Assembly: GCA_944358305.1 (NCBI GenBank)
Contig: CALVQK010000003.1
Coordinates: 19,620-83,619, forward strand
Direction of reading: 5' to 3'
From: an uncultured Bacilli bacterium
GTDB taxonomy: Bacteria > Bacillota_I > Bacilli_A > RF39 > UBA660
DNA: 64,000 bases
Within the stretch, counting starts at the first letter, position 1, and each line of letters opens with the position of its first letter. Made by a program: the position numbers and the translations under genes. Below, in pieces: positions 36,989 to 47,037 of this stretch. The notes beneath the pieces are model-generated. The model saw only the letters and a list, made by a program, of their open reading frames with translations. It did no database searches and was not told the DNA's origin.

Positions 36989-37728
36989 AGATCATCCTCC
37001 AATGTTGTTTTAACAAGACATAAGCCACAGGGCTTCGCTGTCGCTCCATTTTTTCCTCTTACCCTACTTTCAAGAATCTCTTTAACATCTTTGGGTTCAA
37101 TCTTAGAAGTTCCAACTTTAAGTAAAGCTCCAACCATATTTCTAACTTGGTATCTTAAAAAACCATTCCCTACAAACTTAATATCTAAAATATTATTATC
37201 TAAAGTAATAGTAGCAGAATAAATCTCTCTAACACAATTTTCTTTCACATTATTTTCAGTAACAAAAGCTCTAAAGTCATGTTTACCTTCGAAATATTGT
37301 ATTGCATCTCTCATTTTATCAACCTTAAGCGGATAACAATGTTGATAGATATAATTCCTCATTATTGGATTAAACTCTCCCATATTTATATAATAATGAT
37401 ACTCTTTTTTTACAACATGATGCCTAACAAAATAATCATCTGGTACTTCCTTAACAGAATTGATATGAATCTCATCACTTAAATTACTATTCATCGCTCT
37501 TTTCAACTTATAAGGTGTAATAGAAACATCTATATCAAGATGAGCAACTTGATCAATGGCATGTACTCCCCTATCAGTTCTTCCTGCAGCATGAACTATT
37601 ACTTTTTTTCCATCATTAATTTTAGTCGCGGCATCTTCCAACTCACTTTGAATTGTCCTATAGCCATCTTGTCTTTGATACCCTTTAAAATTGGTACCAT
37701 CATAACTAAATCTAATTAAATAACGCAT
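36985..37728 (-). CDS. truA: tRNA pseudouridine(38-40) synthase
   Basis: FSYDGTNFKGYQRQ, AAGRTDRGVHA (catalytic Asp) and FLRYQVRNMVG motifs. Confidence 0.9.
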   Translation of the reverse strand: MRYLIRFSYDGTNFKGYQRQDGYRTIQSELEDAATKINDGKKVIVHAAGRTDRGVHAIDQVAHLDIDVSITPYKLKRAMNSNLSDEIHINSVKEVPDDYFVRHHVVKKEYHYYINMGEFNPIMRNYIYQHCYPLKVDKMRDAIQYFEGKHDFRAFVTENNVKENCVREIYSATITLDNNILDIKFVGNGFLRYQVRNMVGALLKVGTSKIEPKDVKEILESRVRGKNGATAKPCGLCLVKTTLEDDL

Positions 37729-37732
37729 CTAA

Positions 37733-38530
37733 TCACTTCACATTCCAATAAATATCTTTAATTAAGTCTTTAACATCAATCCTTCTTGGTAATTTAATGC
37801 TTTTCTTATCTTTAACTAACAAAATAAAATCAACAATATCTGGTCTTCTAATCTTATATAAAGAAAAAACATCACTATCAAAAAAAACATCACTAGTTTT
37901 TCCTTCTACTACAACTTTATTCTCATAAAGAACAATTAAATAGTTTGTATACTGATATAAATAATTAGGATTACTACTATAAATAACTATTGTCTTTAAA
38001 AACTTATCTTTAAGTCTATTAATAATTCTCACAATCTTTTTCCTATTATTTAAATCAAAGCCTCTAAAAGGTTCATCTAAAAGGATCACTTTAGGATTAG
38101 AAAGAAAAGCAAGAGCAAGTTGTAATAATTTAACCTCACTAAAAGTTAAAGTAGAAATACGTCTTTCTAAAATATCTGATTTCAAACCAACAATCTTTAA
38201 AGCCCCTTTTATTTTATCATCAACATCATTAAGTTCTATCTTTTTATATCTGATATAACAAATAAAATATTCATAAATATTATCAATATTAAATAAATTA
38301 ACAAAATCTCTTTCAATTAAGACAATATCTTTTTTAAAAAGATAGTAATTACGTCTTAACTTTCTAATCTTATTAAAATATATTATTCCTCTAGAGTCTT
38401 CATCAAGAGAAATAAGTTTCAAAAGTTTTTCACCATTATCACCATATATACCAACTACTTCTCCTTTAGGTATAATAAAAGACAAATCTGTAAATCTTTT
38501 ACTATTTACATGAGAAAACTTTATTTCCAT
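37733..38530 (-). CDS. ECF/ABC-type ATPase-like protein with degenerate Walker A, signature and H-loop
   Basis: NBD fold is recognisable. Walker A reads GIYGDNGEKLL (no GK[ST]), the signature LSGGQ reads TFSEVK, Walker B ILLDEP is intact, and the H-loop reads IYSSN. It sits immediately upstream of truA, where ecfA2/ecfT normally sit. Confidence 0.7.
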   Translation of the reverse strand: MEIKFSHVNSKRFTDLSFIIPKGEVVGIYGDNGEKLLKLISLDEDSRGIIYFNKIRKLRRNYYLFKKDIVLIERDFVNLFNIDNIYEYFICYIRYKKIELNDVDDKIKGALKIVGLKSDILERRISTLTFSEVKLLQLALAFLSNPKVILLDEPFRGFDLNNRKKIVRIINRLKDKFLKTIVIYSSNPNYLYQYTNYLIVLYENKVVVEGKTSDVFFDSDVFSLYKIRRPDIVDFILLVKDKKSIKLPRRIDVKDLIKDIYWNVK

Positions 38531-39291
38531 AAACTCATCACCATCCCTAAAGGACTCATATTTATTTTAGACACAAGATTATAATATTTTAACTTAACAG
38601 ATAAATCAACCATAAAAGGGAGTTCTAAACCTACTTTATTTAGAAGACTATCATTACTTAAAACATCTAACATATCTCCACTACTAACAATAGTCCCTTT
38701 ATCAAGAACATATAAAATACTATTAATAGTATAAACAACTTCTTCTAAACTAGAACAAGAAATAACAATAGTCATACCTCTAGATCTTAATTGTTCCAAA
38801 ATCCCCATAAATTCTTCTTTTTCTAACGGCGATAAATAAATACAAGGATCATCTAAAAGTAATAGTTTAGGATTACTAACAATAACACTAGCAAGACCTA
38901 CTCTTAACTTTTCATAATTACTAAGATTTTTAATCTTACTATCAAGCAACCTAGTTATCTTTAAGTCTTTAGCAATATCTTTAACTAAAACAGAAATCTT
39001 ATCATCATCAAGCCCTAAACACTCTAATGGGTATCTTAAAACTTTAATGACAGTATCAAAATTTAAAACACTATTTTTAAAATAAGCAATATCTTTATCA
39101 CTTTTAATTATCTCTTTATTATAAACAACTTTATTTTTTACATTAACTATTCCTGCAAGTACTTTAAGTAACAAACTTTTTCCACTATTATTAGAACCAG
39201 TAATAATCACCATAGAATTAAGTGGTATTTCTATTTTAAATTTTGTAAAAGGTCCTAACATCAAATTATCAACCAAAACCACTACATCCAT
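38521..39291 (-). CDS. ECF/ABC-type ATPase-like protein with an intact Walker A but degenerate signature, catalytic Glu and H-loop
   Basis: Walker A GSNNSGKS is intact. The signature reads LSNYEKLRV (versus LSGGQKQRV), Walker B reads LLLLDDP (Glu to Asp), and the H-loop reads ISCSS. Confidence 0.7.
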   Translation of the reverse strand: MDVVVLVDNLMLGPFTKFKIEIPLNSMVIITGSNNSGKSLLLKVLAGIVNVKNKVVYNKEIIKSDKDIAYFKNSVLNFDTVIKVLRYPLECLGLDDDKISVLVKDIAKDLKITRLLDSKIKNLSNYEKLRVGLASVIVSNPKLLLLDDPCIYLSPLEKEEFMGILEQLRSRGMTIVISCSSLEEVVYTINSILYVLDKGTIVSSGDMLDVLSNDSLLNKVGLELPFMVDLSVKLKYYNLVSKINMSPLGMVMSLWK

Positions 39292-39292
39292 A

Positions 39293-40060
39293 CTACTTTA
39301 CCTTCTTTTTTTGAATATTATAAGCAAGTCTTGCTACAAACTTATCAGGTAAAAACCTTACCCCAAATTTTACTAATTTCATTTTAAAACCTGGAATAAT
39401 GACAGTTTTACCTGAAAATAATTTAGAAAGAGCATATTTAGCCACATAACTACTACTAAGAGCCTTTACACTAAAACTAACCCCCGCTCTTTCATTAAAT
39501 TTAGTATCAACAGGCCCAGGACAAAGAACAGAAATCTGAACCTTACTTTTTCTTCTTCTTAACTCTTCATTAATCGCTAAACTAAGACGATAAACATAAC
39601 TTTTAGAAGCATAATAACTACTAAGTAATGGCCCTGCCATAAATGAAGCTGAACTAGCGACATTAAGTATAGTTCCCTTATCTTTTTTAACCATATCTTT
39701 CAAATAAAACTTAGTAAGCATATGTAGTGCTCTAATATTAACATCAAGCATATTAAGTTCCGTATTTATATCCGTGCTTATAAACTCCCCAAACACACCA
39801 AATCCCGCATTATTAACAAGCAAATCAATATCATCATTCTTAGTTAAAACATAGAGTTCTTTTACTTTTTGTAAATTAGAAAGATCAACAACTATTATTT
39901 TAACTTTAACTTTATCATTAACTTTATTAATATTAAGTTTTACATCTTCTAATGCTTCCTTATCTCTTCCAATAAGAATTAAATCAAATTCAAGTTTAGC
40001 AAGATTAATAGCAATATCTCTTCCTATACCACTAGAAGCCCCTGTAACCATTGCCTTCAA
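39293..40060 (-). CDS. SDR-family short-chain dehydrogenase/reductase
   Basis: TGASSGIGRDIA cofactor motif, NNAG, and the catalytic S...YxxxK (YYASKSY). Confidence 0.9.
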   Translation of the reverse strand: MKAMVTGASSGIGRDIAINLAKLEFDLILIGRDKEALEDVKLNINKVNDKVKVKIIVVDLSNLQKVKELYVLTKNDDIDLLVNNAGFGVFGEFISTDINTELNMLDVNIRALHMLTKFYLKDMVKKDKGTILNVASSASFMAGPLLSSYYASKSYVYRLSLAINEELRRRKSKVQISVLCPGPVDTKFNERAGVSFSVKALSSSYVAKYALSKLFSGKTVIIPGFKMKLVKFGVRFLPDKFVARLAYNIQKKKVK

Positions 40061-40165
40061 CTAAACCACCGTCCTTTAATTGTATTTTATCATAGAAAAA
40101 CAAAGAATACTAGTTTTCTCCTAACACAAATTAATGATATAATAATAAAAGAAAGGAAAGAAATT

Positions 40166-40678
40166 ATGACAAGTAATGAACTATATCAAAAGTATATAAA
40201 AATTCTAAGTGAACGCACAAATCTAGAAAGCAAAATAGATGAGCTTGATGAAAGAAGAAAAAATAAAGAAACACTTATAAGTGACAAAGAAATAGAGAAA
40301 ACAATAGAAGCAGGGAAAAATAGATTAAAGTCTTTACTAGAAGAAGAACAAGAAGCTTATCGCCAATATAAAAAGCAAGAAGAACTAGAACAAAAAGAAA
40401 AAAGTGCTACTATTAGCATTGAACACAACTTAGGAACTAGACCAACAAAACTTACAATTACTGATGGTATCATTTCTAGTAATGCTAAAGAAACTCATTT
40501 AAATGCAATACCTAAAACAGATGAAGAATTAGAAAAAGATAAAGAAGATCTTTTAAATCAAGTAAAACAAAAAGTCTTAACAGAACAAATGTCTAAAGCT
40601 GAAGCTTCAAAATTAGTTGCAGATATTAATACTTTTTATAACCCTCAAGAAGAAATAGAAAAACCTAAACACAAATAA
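40166..40678 (+). CDS. Hypothetical charged coiled-coil protein
   Basis: 170-aa E/K-rich ORF with an RBS (AAAGGAAAG). No recognisable domain. Confidence 0.55.
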   Translation: MTSNELYQKYIKILSERTNLESKIDELDERRKNKETLISDKEIEKTIEAGKNRLKSLLEEEQEAYRQYKKQEELEQKEKSATISIEHNLGTRPTKLTITDGIISSNAKETHLNAIPKTDEELEKDKEDLLNQVKQKVLTEQMSKAEASKLVADINTFYNPQEEIEKPKHK

Positions 40679-40680
40679 AA

Positions 40681-40706
40681 ATTCACTTTTAAAAAGTGAA
40701 TTTTTA
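40681..40706. terminator. Bidirectional terminator
   Basis: ATTCACTTT-TAAA-AAGTGAAT stem flanked by A and T runs, between convergent genes. Confidence 0.6.
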
Positions 40707-40711
40707 TTATC

Positions 40712-43135
40712 TTATACTGTCTCTATATATTCCATAAGTTTTAAGAAAAGCCTCATATGTTCTTTAGATAAACCAGTTTTTCTAAGCTTACGAATAGCGA
40801 TTCTTTTCTTCTTAATTGGCATATCACCAAAAGCAATATTAGCAAGTTTTTCTTTTAAATATGTACTTATTTGTAAGTCCATCAAGATACTATCAATATC
40901 TTCATTAATAAGTCTAACTGCATCTATTTCAATATCTTTACCTTTACAATTTATAGTTAACTGTCCTATAGTATTAACATTATTAACTTCAACGACAAAA
41001 TCATTCTCTTCTATATACATTGCTTCAATCTTAATCTGTTGATCATTATAATGAGCAGTAACATCATTAGCCATCTTTGTATTTCTAAATCTAAACTTAT
41101 AATTACGTCTCATTGGGGCTATACCACTTTTACCTTCAACTGATCTAATAATAACTGTATAATTATTTTGCATATAGTTATAATCAATATCAGTCTTTAA
41201 GTAATATCCCTCTTTATATAAAGAAGTAAGTCCATCATCCTCATAAAGAGTATAGGTATTAGAAACACCTGGAAAGATATGAATTTCCATATCTAAAGGA
41301 AGCCCTACATTATTAACATCACTTCTATTTGAAAGTGGTATAACAGAACCTGCCTTAGCAAAAACAGGATAATCTTCTTCTTTATAGAATGAAACATACT
41401 TCTTATTACCAGGAAACTTCTTACCAGTCTTAAAGTCATACCAAGTACCTTCAGGCATATAAAATCTATGAATAGTCCTATTCATAACTGTATCTTTTCT
41501 AGTTAAGATAGGGCAAACCAAAAGTTCACTACCTAAAAAATATTGATATTTATAATTATTATCATCTATTACCCATTTATATTTATAATAGAATGGTTCA
41601 ATCAACATCTTAGCATTCTTATAATAGTTATAACTCTCAGTATATAAATAAGGAATTAATCTATGTCTAAGCCTTAAATAATCATTAACAATGGTTTCCG
41701 TTTTAATATCCCAACGCCAAGGCTCTCTTTTATAATAATGCCCCCTCGCTGCATGGAATCTAAGAATTGAACTAAAAGTACCAAGCTCTACATATCTAAT
41801 ATAGAGTTCGCTCTCTTCAATACCACCATGATTACCTCCAACATCATGACTCCAAAAAGAAACACCTATATTAGCAGCCGCCATCATACTAGAAGATATT
41901 TCTTTTAAACCGTCCCAAGAGACTTCTGTATTACCAGCATAAAGAATAGGATAACGATGAGCAGCATATATACCATTACGACTTAACATAATACTCCTCT
42001 TAGCAGGATTTCTACCAATATCTTTATAATTAAAATGATTATAAGCAAGTAATTTTAAAGCATTATTATCCCCTTTATAATCATGCCAGAAAAAGTCTAC
42101 TCCTAAAGCTTCCAAAGGATGTAAGAAAAGTTTAAAATACACATCTAATAATTTAGGATTTAAAGGATCAAAAACAATTATTTTATCACCATTAATACCA
42201 AGATAAGAACAAGCTTGAGCATAATAAGTCTCATGAGGATATATACCTTGAGCAGGATCTATCTCAAGTCCAAATCTTATATTATGACTATGTAAAAATT
42301 TAGATATTTCACTTGGATTAGGAAATAACTCTTTATTAAAAGTAAACCCAGTATGTAAGTCTTTCGCTTTACCTACATTACGATAATGCCAATCCTTATC
42401 TAAAAGAAATACTGCTAATGGCACATTACGTCTTTCAAAATCAGTCACTAACTCTTTAACACTTTGTTCATTATAAGTAGTATTACGACTCCACCAATTA
42501 CCCAAAGCATAACGAGGAATAAGTTCAGGATTACCAGTAAGATGGAAATAATCCTTCATCGCAAGATCAAAATCATTTTTATACATAAAAACATAAATAT
42601 CTAAACTACCTTTTTCTCGGTTCTCAAGTGTTCCATCAGAATTAAATAAAAGACTATTACTATCATCAAAACTAGCAAAACCTTCAAGTGAATAAAGTCC
42701 TCGCTTCAAAGCTCTAGGAGTATTAACATCTTCACTAATCATATTGCCACCTAAATTACGCACTTCAGGATGACCATAATACCAATCTCTATCATTCTCT
42801 CCTTCACCCATAAATAAGGTAATTTTCAAATTTTTCATAGGATCTACTTTAGTACCAGTAAAATGAGCTTCTTTAACATAAGTAAGACGAAAATACTTAG
42901 TAGTAATCTCTAAAAACTTAGCATCTTGTTTAGTTTGATATTCAGGAAACATAAAAGAACGATTCATAACAAATTGACTTGGAACATCAACAAAAACGCC
43001 ACTAGGACTATACTCAAGTCTAACTAATCTTTCAGATAAAACAGTAATACGATAATGATTACCTTTATAAATACATTTCTCATCACTCTTAGCTTTACTA
43101 CCATCAATTTCAAACTGCTTACCTAGTGGATACAT
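40712..43135 (-). CDS. Glycoside hydrolase family 31 protein
   Basis: Catalytic-region motifs GVDFFWHDY (nucleophile region) and FWSHDVGG (acid/base region) with the usual N- and C-terminal beta domains. ATG at 43135 follows AGGAGA; the track start at 43180 has no RBS. Confidence 0.85.
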   Translation of the reverse strand: MYPLGKQFEIDGSKAKSDEKCIYKGNHYRITVLSERLVRLEYSPSGVFVDVPSQFVMNRSFMFPEYQTKQDAKFLEITTKYFRLTYVKEAHFTGTKVDPMKNLKITLFMGEGENDRDWYYGHPEVRNLGGNMISEDVNTPRALKRGLYSLEGFASFDDSNSLLFNSDGTLENREKGSLDIYVFMYKNDFDLAMKDYFHLTGNPELIPRYALGNWWSRNTTYNEQSVKELVTDFERRNVPLAVFLLDKDWHYRNVGKAKDLHTGFTFNKELFPNPSEISKFLHSHNIRFGLEIDPAQGIYPHETYYAQACSYLGINGDKIIVFDPLNPKLLDVYFKLFLHPLEALGVDFFWHDYKGDNNALKLLAYNHFNYKDIGRNPAKRSIMLSRNGIYAAHRYPILYAGNTEVSWDGLKEISSSMMAAANIGVSFWSHDVGGNHGGIEESELYIRYVELGTFSSILRFHAARGHYYKREPWRWDIKTETIVNDYLRLRHRLIPYLYTESYNYYKNAKMLIEPFYYKYKWVIDDNNYKYQYFLGSELLVCPILTRKDTVMNRTIHRFYMPEGTWYDFKTGKKFPGNKKYVSFYKEEDYPVFAKAGSVIPLSNRSDVNNVGLPLDMEIHIFPGVSNTYTLYEDDGLTSLYKEGYYLKTDIDYNYMQNNYTVIIRSVEGKSGIAPMRRNYKFRFRNTKMANDVTAHYNDQQIKIEAMYIEENDFVVEVNNVNTIGQLTINCKGKDIEIDAVRLINEDIDSILMDLQISTYLKEKLANIAFGDMPIKKKRIAIRKLRKTGLSKEHMRLFLKLMEYIETV

Positions 43136-43246
43136 ATACCGTTCTCCTTTCCATCCTTTTATTCTCTTTAATTTTATCACAAATATAAAAGAATGAAAAG
43201 AAAAAATAAAGAGTTATAAATTCATATTCATAACTCTTAGTAAAAA

Positions 43247-44377
43247 CTAATTATCTAAAAACATTACATAATACTCATCATAAGTAATATTATTTTCATG
43301 AATATATTCTGCTATTTCCTTACCCACATAACGATAATGCCAAGCTTCACACTTATATCCTGTTATATCTTCTTTACTTTTAGGATACCTTAAAATAAAA
43401 CCATACTTATAAGCATTATCCATCATCCAAACATATTCATCACTATTAACAAAAGTATCTACAGTCTTACTAGCAATATCTAAACTCATCGCTGTCTGAT
43501 GTTCAGAAAAACCAGGTTTTGCTACATAATTGTCCACATAATTTTGTCCATAAAGCTCTAAATATGTATTAGTAATCTCTTCTTGATCTTCATAACTCCT
43601 ATACCCAGAACTTACCATAAGCTCCATACCATCTTCTGCGGCTGCTTCTGCCATATCATAAAAAGCTTTAGCCACATTTCTTTCTATTTCAATTTCCCCA
43701 TCAGCTTTTACATACTCATCATCAATAGTAACTAAATCATCAGGAACATACTCACTACTAAGTTGTCTATGTTTATTAACTAAAACATAATCATCAAATT
43801 CATCAATTACTAAAGGATCAACATAATCTTCTTTATCAAAATCCATATTTACATATAAAACCGTAGTTTCTGCATCATCATTTTCTTTTTCTTTATAAGC
43901 TAAATATCTATCATAATTTTCAAGTTTGGCATAATCAACCGCTAAAAATTCTTCAATATATTTAACTTTATCACGTTTTACAAACTCACTAACAGACTCA
44001 TCATCACCTCTTGAAATAATCAAAGAAACTTCATTATTACTATAGCCTTTATCAAGTAACTTATTTATATTAGTAATTAAATGTTCTTGTTCCTCATAAT
44101 CAATCTTAGCATAATTATCAAGATTATTTTCTATATAATCATCACTTTCAAAAGCCGCATTTAGAGTCTTATTAAAAGGAAGCCCCATAATATAAGAATA
44201 CTTAAACTTAAATATTATACTATTCGCCGCAGTTTCACTATACCCTAAACTTTTGAGCTCACCTACTCTATTAAAATAAAAACAAACTATAATTATTATA
44301 ACTAAAATAACTGCACTTACTATAATTAACGGTTTTCTAGCACTGCTCTTTAACTTTAATTTTCTTTTCTGCACCAT
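43247..44377 (-). CDS. VanY-like D-alanyl-D-alanine carboxypeptidase (peptidase M15B), membrane-anchored
   Basis: N-terminal TM helix. SGYRSYEDQ, SEHQTAMSLDI (H-x6-D zinc site) and EAWHYRYVG motifs. Confidence 0.85.
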   Translation of the reverse strand: MVQKRKLKLKSSARKPLIIVSAVILVIIIIVCFYFNRVGELKSLGYSETAANSIIFKFKYSYIMGLPFNKTLNAAFESDDYIENNLDNYAKIDYEEQEHLITNINKLLDKGYSNNEVSLIISRGDDESVSEFVKRDKVKYIEEFLAVDYAKLENYDRYLAYKEKENDDAETTVLYVNMDFDKEDYVDPLVIDEFDDYVLVNKHRQLSSEYVPDDLVTIDDEYVKADGEIEIERNVAKAFYDMAEAAAEDGMELMVSSGYRSYEDQEEITNTYLELYGQNYVDNYVAKPGFSEHQTAMSLDIASKTVDTFVNSDEYVWMMDNAYKYGFILRYPKSKEDITGYKCEAWHYRYVGKEIAEYIHENNITYDEYYVMFLDN

Positions 44378-44401
44378 TTACTTACCACTACCTCCTACAA
44401 C

Positions 44402-44890
44402 TTACTTCATATAATAATCAAGGAAACTACTTATATGATATGATTTAATACCAAGTCGCTCCGCTTCCTTCAAATAATCAAGAACATCATCTACAAATAT
44501 AACATCTTTAAGTAAAATATTATTATCATGGCAATAATCTAAAATAGTCCTCGCTTTATTCTTATCTAAATCTATTAAAAATCTCTTTTTAATCATTGGA
44601 TAATATTTATCTAACCACAAATTCTTATCAGATCTTTCTTTCTCATTTAAACAATAACTAAGAGCAATATTTTCTTTCGCTTCGTTTTCTAATAAAACTT
44701 TCTGCATCAACAAAGAAGGCTTTCGCTTAAAGAAAATACCAGCTTCTATCTCTAAGATACTCATACCATTAGAAGTTCCTAAAGGATCACTTACATGGTC
44801 ATTAAAACGATAAGCTGCTAAAGTCCCATCTATATCAAAAAAGACATACTTATCTTTTAAATCGTCTTTTGAAATCATACCATTATCCAA
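44402..44890 (-). CDS. HAD-superfamily hydrolase (small, nucleotidase-like)
   Basis: Motif I FFDIDGTL and motif IV FVDDVLDY. 162 aa. Confidence 0.6.
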   Translation of the reverse strand: MDNGMISKDDLKDKYVFFDIDGTLAAYRFNDHVSDPLGTSNGMSILEIEAGIFFKRKPSLLMQKVLLENEAKENIALSYCLNEKERSDKNLWLDKYYPMIKKRFLIDLDKNKARTILDYCHDNNILLKDVIFVDDVLDYLKEAERLGIKSYHISSFLDYYMK

Positions 44891-44963
44891 ACTATCATCT
44901 CCTACTATATATAAAAATTATACCATAAATTAAAAACGTGGTATACTATATTTGGTGATATAT

Positions 44964-46097
44964 TTGAAAACAGCAATTGTCTTATCAGGAGGAGGTGCTA
45001 AAGGAAGCTACCAACTAGGAGTTTGGAAAGCCCTAAGATGCCTTCATATTAAATATGATATTGTAACAGGAACTTCTATCGGCGCCTTAAATGGTGTTTT
45101 AATGTGTGAAAACTCATACTTTAAAGCTAAAAGAATTTGGCAAAAATTAAACCTAGAGTATTTATTTAATAAATTACCTAAATCTAATAAAAGCATTGAT
45201 ATTATTAAACTTTTTGGAGAGAATTTTATTAAGAATGGTGGTATGGACATCAAGAAAATAGAAACAATCATCAATGATACCGTTAATAAAAGAAAATTTT
45301 ATAATAGTAAAATAGACTTTGGCCTTATTACTTATAATTTTACAACTAGAAAGCCTCTAATTTTATCCAAAGATAAAATACCAAGTAAAAATTTAGTAGA
45401 CTATCTAATGGCATCCGCTACTTGTTATCCTGCATTTAAAATGAAAGAAATAGATGGTAACAAATATATAGATGGTGGCTATTATGATAACTTACCTATT
45501 GAACTAGCTATAGAACTAGGAGCCGAGTTTTTAATAATTGTTGATTTAGGATCTCCTGGTTTTAAGAAAAAGCCAACTAAACAAATAGATAGTATCATAA
45601 TTAAACCTAGAAATCATATCTCTTTTTTCTTAAATTTTGATGAAAAAGCTGCCAAAGCAAATATAAAATTTGGTTATAATGATACACTAAAAGCCTTTAA
45701 TAAATTAGATGGTAATAAGTTTACCTTCAAAAAAAATTCTATTACTAAATACTATTTAAATAATAATGAAGTACTACTAGATAATAGTGAAAAAAGTTTC
45801 CTATCATCTATTGAACAACTTGGTAAAATATTTAAACTAGATGAAAGTAAAATATATAGTTTTAAAAGTTTTATCAAAGCTTTAAATGAAAAAGTAAGAA
45901 AAGAAGAAATAATAGATGCCGAAACGAGAAAAAGTATAAAAAATTTAACTAAAAAAATTAATTCTAAAACTCTAGTTCTCTTTTTCTTAAGTAATATAGA
46001 AAAAAATAGAACCCCTAAAAAACTAAGTATGGTTTTTACTAAAGAATATAAACTTGCTAAATATCTACAAATTCTAGGAGTTGAATATGGAAAATAA
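44964..46097 (+). CDS. Patatin-like phospholipase
   Basis: Oxyanion motif LSGGGAKG, nucleophile GTSIGA and catalytic DGGYYDNLP, plus a roughly 180-aa C-terminal extension of unknown function. Probable TTG start at 44964 after GGTGAT. Confidence 0.85.
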   Translation: MKTAIVLSGGGAKGSYQLGVWKALRCLHIKYDIVTGTSIGALNGVLMCENSYFKAKRIWQKLNLEYLFNKLPKSNKSIDIIKLFGENFIKNGGMDIKKIETIINDTVNKRKFYNSKIDFGLITYNFTTRKPLILSKDKIPSKNLVDYLMASATCYPAFKMKEIDGNKYIDGGYYDNLPIELAIELGAEFLIIVDLGSPGFKKKPTKQIDSIIIKPRNHISFFLNFDEKAAKANIKFGYNDTLKAFNKLDGNKFTFKKNSITKYYLNNNEVLLDNSEKSFLSSIEQLGKIFKLDESKIYSFKSFIKALNEKVRKEEIIDAETRKSIKNLTKKINSKTLVLFFLSNIEKNRTPKKLSMVFTKEYKLAKYLQILGVEYGK

Positions 46098-47031
46098 ATT
46101 TGAATACAGTCTTGATAACAAAAGATACCACACCCTAACATATTATTATAAAAAGAAATTCAATGCTAAAGTATGCAAAGTAAGTCTTAATGCTAACTTT
46201 ACTTGTCCTAATATTGATGGAAAAGTCGGCTTTGGTGGTTGTATCTACTGTTCAAAACTAGGAAGTGGTGAATTTGGAGGCAATCCTAAAGAGAGTCTAA
46301 TAGAACAATTTGAAAAAGGGAAGAAAATGATGCAAAGAAAGTGGCCTGATGCTAAATTTATCGCTTACTTTCAAGCTAATACCAATACTTATGCCCCTTT
46401 AGAAAGATTAAAAGAATGTTTTGAACCATTTATAGAAAAGAAAGATTGTATTGGTCTATCTATCGCTACCAGAAGTGATAGTATAACAGATGAATGTCTT
46501 GACTATTTAGAAGATATTAACAAAAGGACTTTTTTAATAGTTGAATTAGGACTCCAAACAATTCATGAAAAAACAAGCAAATTAATAAATAGATGCTCTA
46601 CTCTAAAAGGTTTTACTGATATGGTAAAAAAACTAAAGAAAAAGAACATCAATGTCGTTGTTCATATAATTAATGGTCTTCCTTATGAAACTGAAGAAAT
46701 GATGATAGACACTGTTAAATATTTAAACAAATTAAATATAGATGGTATTAAAATTCATATGCTAGAAGTACTAAAAGATACACCCTTAGAAAAATACTAT
46801 GCTAAAAATAAATTTAAAATTTTAAGCAAAGAAGAATATGTTAATATTGTAGTAAAACAATTAGAATATTTAAACAAGGAAATTGTCATTCATCGCCTAA
46901 CCGCTGACCCTGACAAAAACAATATAATAGAACCAACTTGGTTAATAAAAAAATTTACCATTTTAAATGAAATTGATAAACTGATGAGCAAAAATAATAT
47001 TTACCAAGGAGATAAAACAAAAGGAGAATAA
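46087..47031 (+). CDS. TIGR01212-family radical SAM protein (YtqA/YhcC-like)
   Basis: CPNIDGKVGFGGCIYCS cluster motif and overall length. ATG at 46087 lies 6 nt after TAGGAG and overlaps the patatin gene end by 11 nt. Confidence 0.85.
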   Translation: MENKFEYSLDNKRYHTLTYYYKKKFNAKVCKVSLNANFTCPNIDGKVGFGGCIYCSKLGSGEFGGNPKESLIEQFEKGKKMMQRKWPDAKFIAYFQANTNTYAPLERLKECFEPFIEKKDCIGLSIATRSDSITDECLDYLEDINKRTFLIVELGLQTIHEKTSKLINRCSTLKGFTDMVKKLKKKNINVVVHIINGLPYETEEMMIDTVKYLNKLNIDGIKIHMLEVLKDTPLEKYYAKNKFKILSKEEYVNIVVKQLEYLNKEIVIHRLTADPDKNNIIEPTWLIKKFTILNEIDKLMSKNNIYQGDKTKGE

Positions 47032-47037
47032 AAACAA

